Shown: piece by piece, positions 18,581 to 28,595 of the stretch | How positions within the stretch are numbered: position 1 is the first letter of the stretch | Layout: each line of letters begins with the position of its first letter | Program-made: the position numbers and the translations under genes | Notes under the pieces: model-generated | Seen by the model: the letters and a program-made list of their open reading frames with translations, nothing else | Database searches by the model: none | Told to the model about the DNA's origin: nothing | Assembly (NCBI GenBank): GCA_963842945.1 | Contig: CAWJIM010000023.1 | Span: 64,001 to 128,000 of the forward strand | DNA length: 64,000 nt | Direction of reading: 5' to 3' | Source: an uncultured Gemmatimonadales bacterium | GTDB lineage: Bacteria; Gemmatimonadota; Gemmatimonadetes; Gemmatimonadales; GWC2-71-9

Positions 18581-20569
18581 GTGACCGACGCTCCGCTGCA
18601 ACCCGTTAGCTCGGCCCGCCGACTTCGGCAGTTGCTGGTTGGAAAGCCTCGGGACCTTCGTGACCGGCGGCTCTTTCACCGGCTCTCCCTGATCCCCTTC
18701 CTTGCCTGGGTAGGGCTCGGCGCGGACGGCCTCTCTTCCTCCGCCTACGGGCCTGAGGAGGCGTTCAGAGCGCTGGGTAGTCATACCTATTTGGCGGTCG
18801 CTCTCGCGGCACTGACCGGCATCACGGTGCTGCTGATCTCTGCCGCATACCGCCGGATAATCGAGGAGTTCCCGACCGGCGGCGGCGGTTATGTGGTGGC
18901 CAGTAGTTTGCTCGGTCCCAATGTGGGAGTCGTTTCCGGCGCGGCCCTGCTGGTTGACTATGTGCTCACGATCGCGATCTCGATAGCGGCCGCCGGCGAT
19001 GCCCTGTTCAGCTTCCTTCCCCCTCAGTGGCAGGCGTACAAGCTCGGGTTGGAGTTCGGATTCATCCTGCTGCTCATGACCCTGAACGTACGTGGCGTCC
19101 GGGAATCGGTTCTGACTCTGCTTCCAGCCTTTCTCCTCTTTCTCCTGACTCACGCCATTGTCATCGGAGGGGGCGTTCTGGGCCACCTTCCGGAGCTTCC
19201 GGCCACCGGCGAGGCGGTGCGCAGCGGCTTCGAGCAGGGTGCCGCGTCACTGGGGCTTGGCGGAATGCTGTTGCTGTTCATGAGGGCGTACTCACTCGGA
19301 GGCGGTACGTACACCGGCATCGAGGCGGTCTCGAATGGGTTGCCAATCATGCGGGAGCCCAAGGTCGAGACGGGAAAGCGCACCATGGTCTACATGGGAA
19401 CATCGCTCGCGTTCACCGCCGCGGGCCTCCTTCTCTGCTATCTGATGTGGGGAGTGACGCCGGTACCAGGGAAAACCATGAATGCGGTGCTCACCGAGAC
19501 TCTTGCCGCCGGGATGCCGCTTGGCGGCACCTTCGTTGTGCTGACGCTCGTGTCTGAGGCAATGCTGCTGGTGGTCGCAGCCCAGGCCGGGTTCATCGAC
19601 GGACCCCGGGTTCTGGCCAACATGGCGGTCGATTCCTGGGTACCTCATCGATTCGCCGCGCTGTCCGAGCGGCTCACCACCCAGAACGGAATCCTCCTGA
19701 TGGGCATTGCCGCGCTGGCGGCCCTGATCTACACCATAGGAAACGTGAGCCAGCTGGTCGTGATGTACAGCATCAACGTGTTCCTCACCTTTTCGTTGTC
19801 GATGCTGGCAATGTTTCGGTTCTGGATCCGGCACCGCAAGGCCCGGCCGGAATGGCGTACGCGACTTGCGCTCTTCGCACTCGGACTCACCCTCTGTACC
19901 ACAATCCTGCTTGTCACCCTGTACGAGAAGTTCGCGGGCGGAGGCTGGATCACCGTGGTCATCACCGCGCTGGTTATCACCCTGTGCTTCGTGATTCGCC
20001 GGCATTATCGGGCGGTCAATGCCCAGCTGGACCGGCTGTATCAGGAGCTGGGGGACCTTCCCCTCCCCAGCATCCCGGCCCAGGCCGTAGCGCCCGATCC
20101 CCGGCAGCCGATCGCGGCGATCTTGGTCGGATCGTACGGCGGGGTGGGGATACACACCGTGCTCAATGTGTTTCGAACCTTTCCCGGACATTTCAAGGGC
20201 GTGGTCTTCATTTGTGTGGGCGTGATCGACTCGGGCGAGTTCAAGGGAGAGCATGCCGTGGAGGAGCTCACCAGACGAACAGAGGATGTGTTAGCCAGGT
20301 ACGTAGAGCTGGCGGTGGGCCTAGGTGTTCCGGCTACCTCCCGCCTCGCGATCGGCACCGAAGCAGTCTCCGAGGCCGAGCGGGTCTGCCTGACCATTGC
20401 CCGGGACTTTCCCCACGTGGTGTTCTTCGCGGGCAAGATGATCTTCAAGCGCGAGAAGTGGTACCATCGGCTGCTGCACAACGAGACGGCGCTCGCTGTA
20501 GAGAAGCGGCTGAGGTGGGCGGGCCGCACCATGGTAACGATGCCGATTCGGGTGGCCGACGCCCGGTAG
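18581..20569 (+). CDS. APC-superfamily permease, KimA/YdaO-like putative K+ importer
   Basis: ADGLSSSAYGPEE, GGGGYVVA, ALLVDYVLT, TGIEAVSNG, about 12 TM segments and a cytoplasmic C-domain ending HRLLHNETA. Confidence 0.8.
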   Translation: MTDAPLQPVSSARRLRQLLVGKPRDLRDRRLFHRLSLIPFLAWVGLGADGLSSSAYGPEEAFRALGSHTYLAVALAALTGITVLLISAAYRRIIEEFPTGGGGYVVASSLLGPNVGVVSGAALLVDYVLTIAISIAAAGDALFSFLPPQWQAYKLGLEFGFILLLMTLNVRGVRESVLTLLPAFLLFLLTHAIVIGGGVLGHLPELPATGEAVRSGFEQGAASLGLGGMLLLFMRAYSLGGGTYTGIEAVSNGLPIMREPKVETGKRTMVYMGTSLAFTAAGLLLCYLMWGVTPVPGKTMNAVLTETLAAGMPLGGTFVVLTLVSEAMLLVVAAQAGFIDGPRVLANMAVDSWVPHRFAALSERLTTQNGILLMGIAALAALIYTIGNVSQLVVMYSINVFLTFSLSMLAMFRFWIRHRKARPEWRTRLALFALGLTLCTTILLVTLYEKFAGGGWITVVITALVITLCFVIRRHYRAVNAQLDRLYQELGDLPLPSIPAQAVAPDPRQPIAAILVGSYGGVGIHTVLNVFRTFPGHFKGVVFICVGVIDSGEFKGEHAVEELTRRTEDVLARYVELAVGLGVPATSRLAIGTEAVSEAERVCLTIARDFPHVVFFAGKMIFKREKWYHRLLHNETALAVEKRLRWAGRTMVTMPIRVADAR

Positions 20570-20592
20570 CGGACGGCCTTACCGTTCCTCGG

Positions 20593-21336
20593 CTAGGTCT
20601 TCAACAACTCCCGGAGGGCCCGTCCGGCATAGCGGCTGGACACAAGTCGGGTGCCGTTCTTGAGGTGTACCACGTAGCTCCCTTTGCCATATGGTTCTAA
20701 CGCACTGATGGACCGCGCGTTGACCAGCGCGGTCCGTCGGGCCCGGACGAATCGGCCTTGGAGCCGCTCGGACAGCTCGGTCAGCGTCCGCCGCAGCAGG
20801 TGCTGCTTGCCCCCCTCGTGCAGTCGGACGTAGTTGCCGGCCGCCTCGATCCAGTCCACCGACTCTACCGGAACGAACGAGAGCCGGCCTCCCTCGCGAA
20901 CCACGAAACGCTCGAGCGGCTGACGCGCATCGGTGCCGACCAAAGCCGCGATTCGCTTGTCCGGCTGGTCCGTCTCCAGTGCCACGCGTTCGGCGGCACG
21001 CTCCCACGCCTCTCGAAACCGGTCAGGGTCAATCGGCTTGAGCAGATAGTCCACCGCATGGGCTTCGAACGCGCGAACTGCGTAGCGATCGTACGCGGTG
21101 ACGAAGACGATCGCCGGAACCGCGTCGGTCCCCACTCGTTCCAGCACGTCGAGTCCGCTGACCCCCCCAAGCTGAACATCGAGAAAGAGGACATCCGGTG
21201 CATGCTTGACGATTGCCTCGATGGCGGAGGGGCCGTCACCGCACTCCGCGACGATCTCCGCGTCCGGCAGCGCCGCCAGCTGTTGGCGCAAGGCAAGGCG
21301 GCCGGGCGGCTCGTCGTCGACCAGGATCACCCTCAT
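20593..21336 (-). CDS. LytTR-family response regulator
   Basis: VDDEP, FLDVQ, FVTAYD.YAVRAFE, DYLLKP, WIEAAGNYVRLH. Confidence 0.92.
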   Translation of the reverse strand: MRVILVDDEPPGRLALRQQLAALPDAEIVAECGDGPSAIEAIVKHAPDVLFLDVQLGGVSGLDVLERVGTDAVPAIVFVTAYDRYAVRAFEAHAVDYLLKPIDPDRFREAWERAAERVALETDQPDKRIAALVGTDARQPLERFVVREGGRLSFVPVESVDWIEAAGNYVRLHEGGKQHLLRRTLTELSERLQGRFVRARRTALVNARSISALEPYGKGSYVVHLKNGTRLVSSRYAGRALRELLKT

Positions 21337-22422
21337 TCCGGCTGCTCCGTCCGGAACGGCAGATCTATCGTTACCAGAGTGCCCCCGCTCTCCAATGCCC
21401 TGAGCTCGAATTGGTGTCCGCTCCCATAGAGCGCAACCAGCCGGGCTCTGGTATTGGCGAGTCCGACGCCTGCTCTGGCACCGTTGGGACCGGGGCCGTT
21501 GTCGGCAATCTCGACCCGAAGCCGCTCTCCAGCCCGCTCGGCCCGGAGGCGCACCCGTGCGGCATCGGCCGTCCGCTTCACCCCATGCTCCACGGCGTTC
21601 TCCACCAGAGGCTGCAGCAGCAAGGTGGGGATCAGGGCCTCCGCCGCGGCATCGGATACCTCGATATCGATGGCCAGCCGTTCGCCGAAGCGGATCCGCT
21701 GAATCTCGAGATACGGGGCCAGCAGCTCCATCTCTTGGGCCAGCGGCAGCTCGGCGACACTCCCGCCGTTGAGCGTCCGCCGCAGCAGCTCGCCCAGGCG
21801 CACGATCATGCGCTGAGCTCGCTCAGGCTCTCCTGTCACGTATGCCGAGATGGCGTTCAGCGTATTGAAAAGAAAGTGCGGGTGCAACTGGAGTCTGAGG
21901 GCATCCAGCCGGGCCTCGGTCAGCCTGGCTTCAAGCTCCGCCGCGGCGACCTGCTGTTCCCGGTACATCCGCTGGTAGACGAATGCCGCCTGGATCCCGA
22001 GGATGAGCCAGTAGTACAGAAACCCCGTTAGGGTGCCCCAGACTATCCCGCCGCTGAGGCCGATGAGAAACGTACCGATCGTGCCGGGCGGCTGTTGGCC
22101 GATCAGCAGTAAACCCAGGTAGTGCAGCGTATACGTGGTAACGATCTGGACTGGGAGCCAGAACGGCCATCACCAGCAGATGGGGGGCAAGGGTCCGCCC
22201 TGCTCGACCGGCGCCGAGTGGCCAGCGACGCCCCGCGGCCAGAACGAGACTGGAGAAGGCCGCCCAGGTGAGGGCGTACACGAATTCATGGTAGACGTCC
22301 CACTGCCAATCGAACGGACGGTGGCGCGCCGCACCGACCAGCACGTTCTCCGCGCTGAAGAAGACCGCGACCCCGCACCAGACTGCAGCGAGACGTACTG
22401 CTGGAGAGCTCGGTAACCGCAT
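21333..22422 (-). CDS. LytS/YehU-type sensor kinase, one frameshift near 22153
   Basis: LQLHPHFLFNTLNAIS, LLQPLVENAVEHG, GVGLANTRARL; TM N-terminus starts in another frame and joins by removing one base. Confidence 0.85.
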
Positions 22423-22477
22423 AAGACCATCTTCGCGCGCCGGTGGGCCAACCGCAACGGCGCGCGGAGTCTCATCC

Positions 22478-22509
22478 CACTCATCACGTGCTGGTCCGCG
22501 TTCGTCACG
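22478..22509 (+). promoter_or_regulatory. Candidate LytTR direct-repeat site
   Basis: CACTCATCACG and CGTTCGTCACG with starts 21 bp apart, upstream of the divergent NTF2-like gene. Confidence 0.45.
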
Positions 22510-22590
22510 GATTAAATCCGGCCTGGCCCAGGAACGTTGGCCTCTGCAATCCGGCACACCAGCTTGGAGCTCCCCCGATCCGAGGACTCC

Positions 22591-23055
22591 ATGAAGGGCT
22601 TACTCAGCATCAGCGTGCTTGGCGCCATCCTCCTATTCGGACGCACGCCATCAGCTAGCGCGCAAACCGCCGCCGATTCCGCCGCAATCCGAGCCACCGC
22701 CCTCGACTACATCCAGGGCTGGTACACCAACAACCCGGCGCGGATGGAGCGTGCGCTGCATCCTCATCTGGCCAAGCGGCTCGTGTGGGCCGATTCGACC
22801 GGCAGAAGCCATCTGGTAGACCTCACCGCGCTGGAACTGATTCAGGGCACCAAGTCCCATCCGCCCACCCCGGCTTCAGAGCGGCGCGACGAGGTGAGCA
22901 TCCTCAGCACCTACGGCAATGTTGCTATTGTGCGGATCGAAGCCACCGACTGGGTCGATTTTCTGCAGGAAGTGAAGTGGAATGGGAGCTGGAAGATTCT
23001 CAATGTGGTCTGGGAGAACCGGCCGGAGATGGCGGGTAAGATGGTGAAGCGGTAG
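22591..23055 (+). CDS. Exported NTF2-like (putative lumazine-binding family) protein
   Basis: Signal peptide; AIRATALDYIQGWY, MERALHPHLAKR, WVDFLQ, WKILNVVW; GAGG upstream. Confidence 0.8.
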   Translation: MKGLLSISVLGAILLFGRTPSASAQTAADSAAIRATALDYIQGWYTNNPARMERALHPHLAKRLVWADSTGRSHLVDLTALELIQGTKSHPPTPASERRDEVSILSTYGNVAIVRIEATDWVDFLQEVKWNGSWKILNVVWENRPEMAGKMVKR

Positions 23056-23071
23056 GTCGGCCGAAGCGAGG

Positions 23072-23123
23072 GAACGACGGAAAGTACTTTCATTCCGTCG
23101 TTCAGTCGTTCCGTCGTTCCGTC
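23072..23123. terminator. Hairpin plus octamer tract between convergent genes
   Basis: GAACGACGGAA (23072-23082) and TTCCGTCGTTC (23093-23103) form a perfect 11-bp stem; TTCCGTCG-type units continue to the DinB stop. Confidence 0.6.
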
Positions 23124-23619
23124 AGGCTGTCTGGTCCACCAGCTCCAGCGCTCGCCGAACTGCGGCCAGATGGTGATAGCTGTGCCTGACGGGATGATCT
23201 TCCAGAAAGAACTGACAGGTCAGGGGTGCGTCCGAGTTGAGTGACACCGGGGCGGCACGGTCGAGCTCCTCGTCGCTCAGAGCACGAATACCGGCGGCGG
23301 CGGCAGCGCTGTTTTTGCGGAGCAGTTCGATCGCCTGCTGCTTGGTGGTTCCATCGAAATCCCTGGCATGCTGGGCGTTGATCTCGTGCACGGCATCCCA
23401 GGTCACCCCGGCAATCGGCTTCCCCTCGGCCAGGGTCTGTGCCAGCGTCATTTCGAGTGGATACATGCTCGCGACGTGATGGACCACGACGCCGACCTTT
23501 CGCCCATCCTTGGGCAGCGGGGTCTGCCACTCGGCATCGGTCAGTTCGTTGGCCAGGGCTTCGAGGGCACGGGCACCCTGCTCCAGGCGTTCAGCGAGAA
23601 GATTGGAACGTCGGCTCAT
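23122..23619 (-). CDS. DinB-superfamily protein
   Basis: LTDAEWQ, VVVHHVA, LSDEELDR, HPVRHSYHHL histidine pattern. Confidence 0.75.
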   Translation of the reverse strand: MSRRSNLLAERLEQGARALEALANELTDAEWQTPLPKDGRKVGVVVHHVASMYPLEMTLAQTLAEGKPIAGVTWDAVHEINAQHARDFDGTTKQQAIELLRKNSAAAAAGIRALSDEELDRAAPVSLNSDAPLTCQFFLEDHPVRHSYHHLAAVRRALELVDQTA

Positions 23620-23692
23620 CGGTGTTCCTCCGTTCGGTGATGGGTCTCATGGATATCAGCCACCATTCTGGCCGAACCGGCCCGCTTTTCAA

Positions 23693-25156
23693 ATGACCAA
23701 CCGTCCCGACTTCCTGCTCCAGCGTACATGGCTCCTGGTCCTGCTGTGCTTGTCCTGTGAGCGCCCACCGGCTGTACCTACCCGATCGGAGCCCCGGCAA
23801 TCCGCGGGATTGACGACCCAGATCGATTCCGCTCAGCTCGCGCGACTGGTGGACTCGGCAGTGCAGGCAGGTATGGCTCGTGAGAGTATACCCGGTGCGG
23901 CAATTGTCCTGGTCAGGAAGGACCGGGTGATTCTCGCGAAAGGATATGGCAAGGCAGACGTACGCTCCGGACGGCCCTGGGATGCTGCCCGGACGGTGTT
24001 CCCCATCGCATCGGTCACCAAGGTTTTTACTGCGACGGCGGTGATGCAGCTGGCCGACCAGGGGCGCATTGACCTGAATGCCGACGTGAACCGATACCTG
24101 ACCACGCTGCGGGTGCCTCAGACCTACCCTGAGCCGGTTACGGCTGCACACCTGCTCTCTCACACCGCTGGGTTCGACGAGATCCCAGGGCGCCAAGTTC
24201 GATCTCGCCGCGAGCTCATGCCGAGCGGTCAATTTCTCCGGAAGCGGCTGGTACGCATCCACCCTCCGGGGAGAATCACCAGCTACTCCACCTATGGAAT
24301 GGCTCTGGCCGGTTTATTGGTGGAGAATGTTTCGGGAATGCCGTATGAGGACTACCTGCGGCAGTATATCTGGCAGCCGCTGGGAATGATCCGGACTTCT
24401 ATTACCCCTCCTGATGCGCCGGAAGCTCTGGCGACTGCATACGAGTGGCAGGGAGACAGCCTTACCGCCATTCCTTATGAGGTATATCAGACGCCGTCGG
24501 CATCTTCCATACTGAGTACTGCCGAGGATATGGGGCACTTCCTGATAGCCCATCTGCAGAATGGCAGGTACGGGGCGGGTCGAATTCTGAGTGACAGCAC
24601 GGCCAGACGGATGCATCAACGTCACGCAACCATGCACCCTTTGATCCCGGGCTGGACCCTGGGGTTCCAGGAGAACGAGGTCAACGGACGCCACCTCATC
24701 GAGCACGGCGGCGACATTGGCGGTTTCAGCTCGCTGCTCAGCTTATTGCCTGAGGACGAACTGGGTTTTTTTGTGGTTCACCACCTCGAGGGGAAAAATC
24801 TTCGGTTCGATCTGCGCCAGCTCATTCTCGACCGGATCTTCCCTGCTGTTTCACAGCCAAAGCCACCCGGTCCGCCATCCAACGATGCCGGCCGGCTGCG
24901 ACGGTTCGCCGGTCAGTATCGGGCCAGCATCTACTGTCACTCCTGCAGAGGCGGCGGACCCAACGTCCAGGAGTTCGAGGTGACCGCGAACCAGGATGGC
25001 ACCATCAGTGTCTGGGGCGAGCGCTGGACCGAGCTGGGTCCGCTGTACTTCGCGAGCCTGGACGGCCGCAAACATCTTGGTTTCGCCGAGGACCAGGCCG
25101 GGCGGATCATCGCGCTCACCGCTGGATCGTGGCGGGTGCTCGAGCGCATGGACTGA
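23693..25156 (+). CDS. Serine hydrolase, beta-lactamase/PBP-like family, probable lipoprotein
   Basis: IASVTK (SxxK), LLSHTAG, SYSTYG, EHGG; LCLSC lipobox-like. Confidence 0.88.
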   Translation: MTNRPDFLLQRTWLLVLLCLSCERPPAVPTRSEPRQSAGLTTQIDSAQLARLVDSAVQAGMARESIPGAAIVLVRKDRVILAKGYGKADVRSGRPWDAARTVFPIASVTKVFTATAVMQLADQGRIDLNADVNRYLTTLRVPQTYPEPVTAAHLLSHTAGFDEIPGRQVRSRRELMPSGQFLRKRLVRIHPPGRITSYSTYGMALAGLLVENVSGMPYEDYLRQYIWQPLGMIRTSITPPDAPEALATAYEWQGDSLTAIPYEVYQTPSASSILSTAEDMGHFLIAHLQNGRYGAGRILSDSTARRMHQRHATMHPLIPGWTLGFQENEVNGRHLIEHGGDIGGFSSLLSLLPEDELGFFVVHHLEGKNLRFDLRQLILDRIFPAVSQPKPPGPPSNDAGRLRRFAGQYRASIYCHSCRGGGPNVQEFEVTANQDGTISVWGERWTELGPLYFASLDGRKHLGFAEDQAGRIIALTAGSWRVLERMD

Positions 25157-25241
25157 GCCGGAGCCCGTTCCCCGCTGGCGCAGACGCACTGACTTCGTTT
25201 ATTTCCTGCTCCCCCAAACTCAAGTATTTGTGGAGCCCGGC

Positions 25242-27953
25242 GTGAGCGGACCATCCAGGGGTACCCGCCTGCCTGTCGGCGGCATTGCGGCCATAGCCGC
25301 CTTGTATGCCGTCGGCTACTTCGTGTGGGAGCAGAGCCACTGGGGCTCCTCTGCCGTGCGCGACCTCGTCGGCAACATCGCCTTCATGCCGTTCAACCTC
25401 GGCGTGATGACCCTGTTCGCCTTGGCGTCGAGGCAGAGCATTCTGGATCCCGGGGTCCGCCGGGCCCTTCGGCTGCTGGCTTTGGGGGCGGCCATGGTCT
25501 TCATCGGCAACGCCATCTCCACCTGGTACGTCGTGGCGCTTCAGGCCAACCCTCCGGTGTCCTGGGCGGACCCTTTCTTCCTGTCGGACTCGCTGCTCAC
25601 CCTCGCCGCCCTGCTCTCATTTCCGCTGGCCCGCCGCAGCCGGCTCGAGCGCCGGAAGTTCGTGCTCGACGTTGCGATGGTGCTGGTGGGCGGCGGCGTC
25701 GCCATCTGGTACTTCTCCATTCGGCCAACAGCAGCCTCGCAGGAGAGCAGTCTGGTGGTCACCTCGCTTGCTTTCGCCTACCCCTTGGTGAGCATGCTGG
25801 TACTGCTGGGCGTCACCACGGTATTGCTGCGACAGCCTATCGATGGCAACCGGCTGGCGTTTCGCCTCCTGGTGACCGGAATCTCGGTGGGCGTCGTCGC
25901 GGACCTCACCTTTAATCTGGTGCAGCTCGAGGCGGGTGGCCGAAGCGCCAGCTGGGCCGATGGCGTGTTCCTCATCTGCTATGTGACCCTGATCTACAGC
26001 GCCGAGCTCTACTGGCGTCGCCCGGCGGCAAATCAGCCGGCAGCGTCCGTAACCGTCCGCCATCAGACGATCAGTCCCCTGCCCTACCTCGCGGTGGGCT
26101 CAACCTACGCCCTGCTGCTCTTTGTAGCGCTCCGGCCCTGGAGCGATCCCATCAGCGGCCTGGCCCTTGGAGCCTTACTGGTCACCGGCGTGGTGGTGCT
26201 GCGCCAGGTGTTGACCGTGCGGGAGAATCTCCGGCTCCTGGCCGAGCACTCGGCCCGGCAGAACGAGGCCAGGTTTCGCTCACTGGTCCAGCATTCGTCT
26301 GACGTCATCATTGTTACCCGGGCAGAGGGCACCGTTCGCTTCGTGAGTCCCTCGGCCACCCGGGTCTTCGGTTACGACCCCTCGGAGATGCTGCGCCACA
26401 GCATATCCGAGCTGCTCCACCCGGATGACCGGGAGCGAGCCGCCACCTTCTTTCGCACCGCGTCACAGTCGCCTGGCGTGACCGGGCCGGTCGAGTGGCG
26501 TTTTCGCCAGCCGGACGGCTCCTGGCTTCACGCCGAAATCCTGGCCACCAATCTCTTGCACGACCAGAGCGTCAAAGGCGTCGTCCTCAATACCCGAGAC
26601 GTGAGCGAACGCCGCCGGCTGGAGGAACAGCTCACCCACCAGGCGTTTCACGATCCGCTCACCGGCCTGGCAAACCGGGCGCTCTTTCGCGACCGGGTCA
26701 GCCACGCCCTCGCTCTGGCTCAGCGCCGGGGCACACCGGTGACTGTGCTGTATCTGGATCTGGACGACTTCAAGAACGTCAACGACAGCCTGGGTCACGG
26801 GGAGGGCGACCGGCTGCTGATCGCAACTGCGGAGCGATTCCTGGCCTGTGCCCGAAGCGCAGACACCGTGGCCCGGCTGGGCGGCGACGAGTTCGCCATC
26901 CTGATCGAGGGAGCCGACGGTCGCGACGGTCTTCCCGAGCGGCTCGCTGCCGCCATGTCGCACCCGTTCAGGCTCAGCGGCAACCAGGTGCGCGTCACCG
27001 TCAGCATCGGCGTCGCCTCGGCCTCGGCCGAGGACACCGCGGACGATCTGTTGCGGAACGCGGACATGGCGATGTACGCGGCCAAGCGGCACGGCAAGGG
27101 CCGGGCGGAAACCTACGAGTCGAGGATGTACGCCGACATCCGCGAGCGGCTCGATCTCGAGGCCGCGCTCCGGACCGCCATCGAGCAGCGGGAATTGACC
27201 CTCTTCTACCAGCCGATCGTGAACCTGCAGACCGGCGCGATGTATGGGGTGGAGGCATTACTCCGGTGGGAGCACCCGCAGTTCGGCCGGCTGCTGCCCC
27301 AGCACTTCGTTCCCCTGGCGGAAGAGACCGGCCTGATCGTTCAGCTGGGCGCCTGGGTGCTGGCCGAGGCGTGCCGCCAGCTGCAGGCCTGGAGAGCGAG
27401 CCATCCGCAGCACGCCCTGGCGGTGTCGATCAACATCTCGGGCCGGCAGCTCCAGGGAGTAGGATTGACCGAAGCGCTGCGGCAGACGCTGATCTCGTCC
27501 GGCGTGAGCCCGTCGTCTGTGATATTGGAGATCACCGAAAGCGTACTGATGCAGCAGACCGACGACATTCTGGAACGGCTGCAGCAGCTCAAGGCTCTCG
27601 GCGTCCGGCTGGCGATCGACGATTTCGGAACTGGTTATTCGTCCCTGAGCTACCTGCAGCGCTTCCCGATCGACATCCTCAAGATCGCCAAGCCGTTCGT
27701 TGAAGAAGTGGGCCAGGGCGCCGACCGCTCGGCCCTGGCCCGCGCTATCGTCGGCCTGGGCGACACGCTCAAGCTGCAAACCATCGCCGAGGGGATCGAA
27801 CGGGCCGAGCAGCGAGCCGCGCTGATCGAGCTCGGCTGCAGCCTCGGCCAGGGACACCATTTCTGGCCCGCGCTCTCGGCAGCAGCGCTGGAAGAGCTGC
27901 TCTCGACCGACCGCTTTCCCCGGCTGCGGCTGGTCGAGGGCAATGCGTCGTGA
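25242..27953 (+). CDS. Membrane PAS-GGDEF-EAL protein
   Basis: Multi-TM N-terminus, PAS (LLHPDDR), HDPLTGLANR, RLGGDEF, GVEALLRW, DDFGTGYSSLSYL; start approximate. Confidence 0.92.
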   Translation: MSGPSRGTRLPVGGIAAIAALYAVGYFVWEQSHWGSSAVRDLVGNIAFMPFNLGVMTLFALASRQSILDPGVRRALRLLALGAAMVFIGNAISTWYVVALQANPPVSWADPFFLSDSLLTLAALLSFPLARRSRLERRKFVLDVAMVLVGGGVAIWYFSIRPTAASQESSLVVTSLAFAYPLVSMLVLLGVTTVLLRQPIDGNRLAFRLLVTGISVGVVADLTFNLVQLEAGGRSASWADGVFLICYVTLIYSAELYWRRPAANQPAASVTVRHQTISPLPYLAVGSTYALLLFVALRPWSDPISGLALGALLVTGVVVLRQVLTVRENLRLLAEHSARQNEARFRSLVQHSSDVIIVTRAEGTVRFVSPSATRVFGYDPSEMLRHSISELLHPDDRERAATFFRTASQSPGVTGPVEWRFRQPDGSWLHAEILATNLLHDQSVKGVVLNTRDVSERRRLEEQLTHQAFHDPLTGLANRALFRDRVSHALALAQRRGTPVTVLYLDLDDFKNVNDSLGHGEGDRLLIATAERFLACARSADTVARLGGDEFAILIEGADGRDGLPERLAAAMSHPFRLSGNQVRVTVSIGVASASAEDTADDLLRNADMAMYAAKRHGKGRAETYESRMYADIRERLDLEAALRTAIEQRELTLFYQPIVNLQTGAMYGVEALLRWEHPQFGRLLPQHFVPLAEETGLIVQLGAWVLAEACRQLQAWRASHPQHALAVSINISGRQLQGVGLTEALRQTLISSGVSPSSVILEITESVLMQQTDDILERLQQLKALGVRLAIDDFGTGYSSLSYLQRFPIDILKIAKPFVEEVGQGADRSALARAIVGLGDTLKLQTIAEGIERAEQRAALIELGCSLGQGHHFWPALSAAALEELLSTDRFPRLRLVEGNAS

Positions 27954-27961
27954 GTCGCAGC

Positions 27962-28411
27962 CTACTTGCTCGGGTCGTCCGCCGGATTCACATAGGTCAT
28001 CGCGAACGGTCCCATCGCCGTCACTGATACCACGGTCGCGCCTTTAGCGGCCGCATAGTGATGCTGCTTCGCTGGTAGGGTTCCCTTGGCACCCGACTTC
28101 ATCGGCTTGGCCTTGGACAGATCCAGCGTGTCCCCCCTCCCTACCAGGAAGGTTCCCTTCTTCACCACCACGGTTTCGTCGGTGGGATGAAAGTGAGGAG
28201 CGATCTTGTAGCCGTCCGGCATGGATAGCTCGATCGTGAACGGCGCCGCCCTACTGGGATCGCCGCTGATTACCGCCATCTGTGCTCCTTTAGGGAACAC
28301 TGCCGGTGCGGGGCCCCAGGTGAGGGCGTGGGACTTGTGAGCCGCGGCCGCCTGAGCGTGGAGGGTGGCGGCCGGAAGCAGCAGACAGGCAGAGAGCAGA
28401 AGGGTGCGCAT
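27962..28411 (-). CDS. Exported cupin-domain protein
   Basis: Signal peptide; GAQMAVISGDP, PDGYKIAPHFHPTDE, HHYA, GPFAMTYVNPADDP. Confidence 0.82.
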   Translation of the reverse strand: MRTLLLSACLLLPAATLHAQAAAAHKSHALTWGPAPAVFPKGAQMAVISGDPSRAAPFTIELSMPDGYKIAPHFHPTDETVVVKKGTFLVGRGDTLDLSKAKPMKSGAKGTLPAKQHHYAAAKGATVVSVTAMGPFAMTYVNPADDPSK

Positions 28412-28595
28412 ACGATCTCCAGAGCAAGTGGTAGACTGGCCCGCAGACCTCACCATCTGGGGATGCCTGAGCCGGCCGTGACGACGCACCGCGGTACGGA
28501 TTGCGGCGGGCCACGGCTTCGGCGTTGCTTGTGATTGGGGGTGCTGCGGGAGGAGGCCGAGGCAGACGTCGGCCTGACCGACCCGGGATATCCGG

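Noticed and set aside
24925..24950. Heme c motif in CHSCR (and CWDCS at about 32680)
   Set aside because: CxxC is not followed by His in either case.
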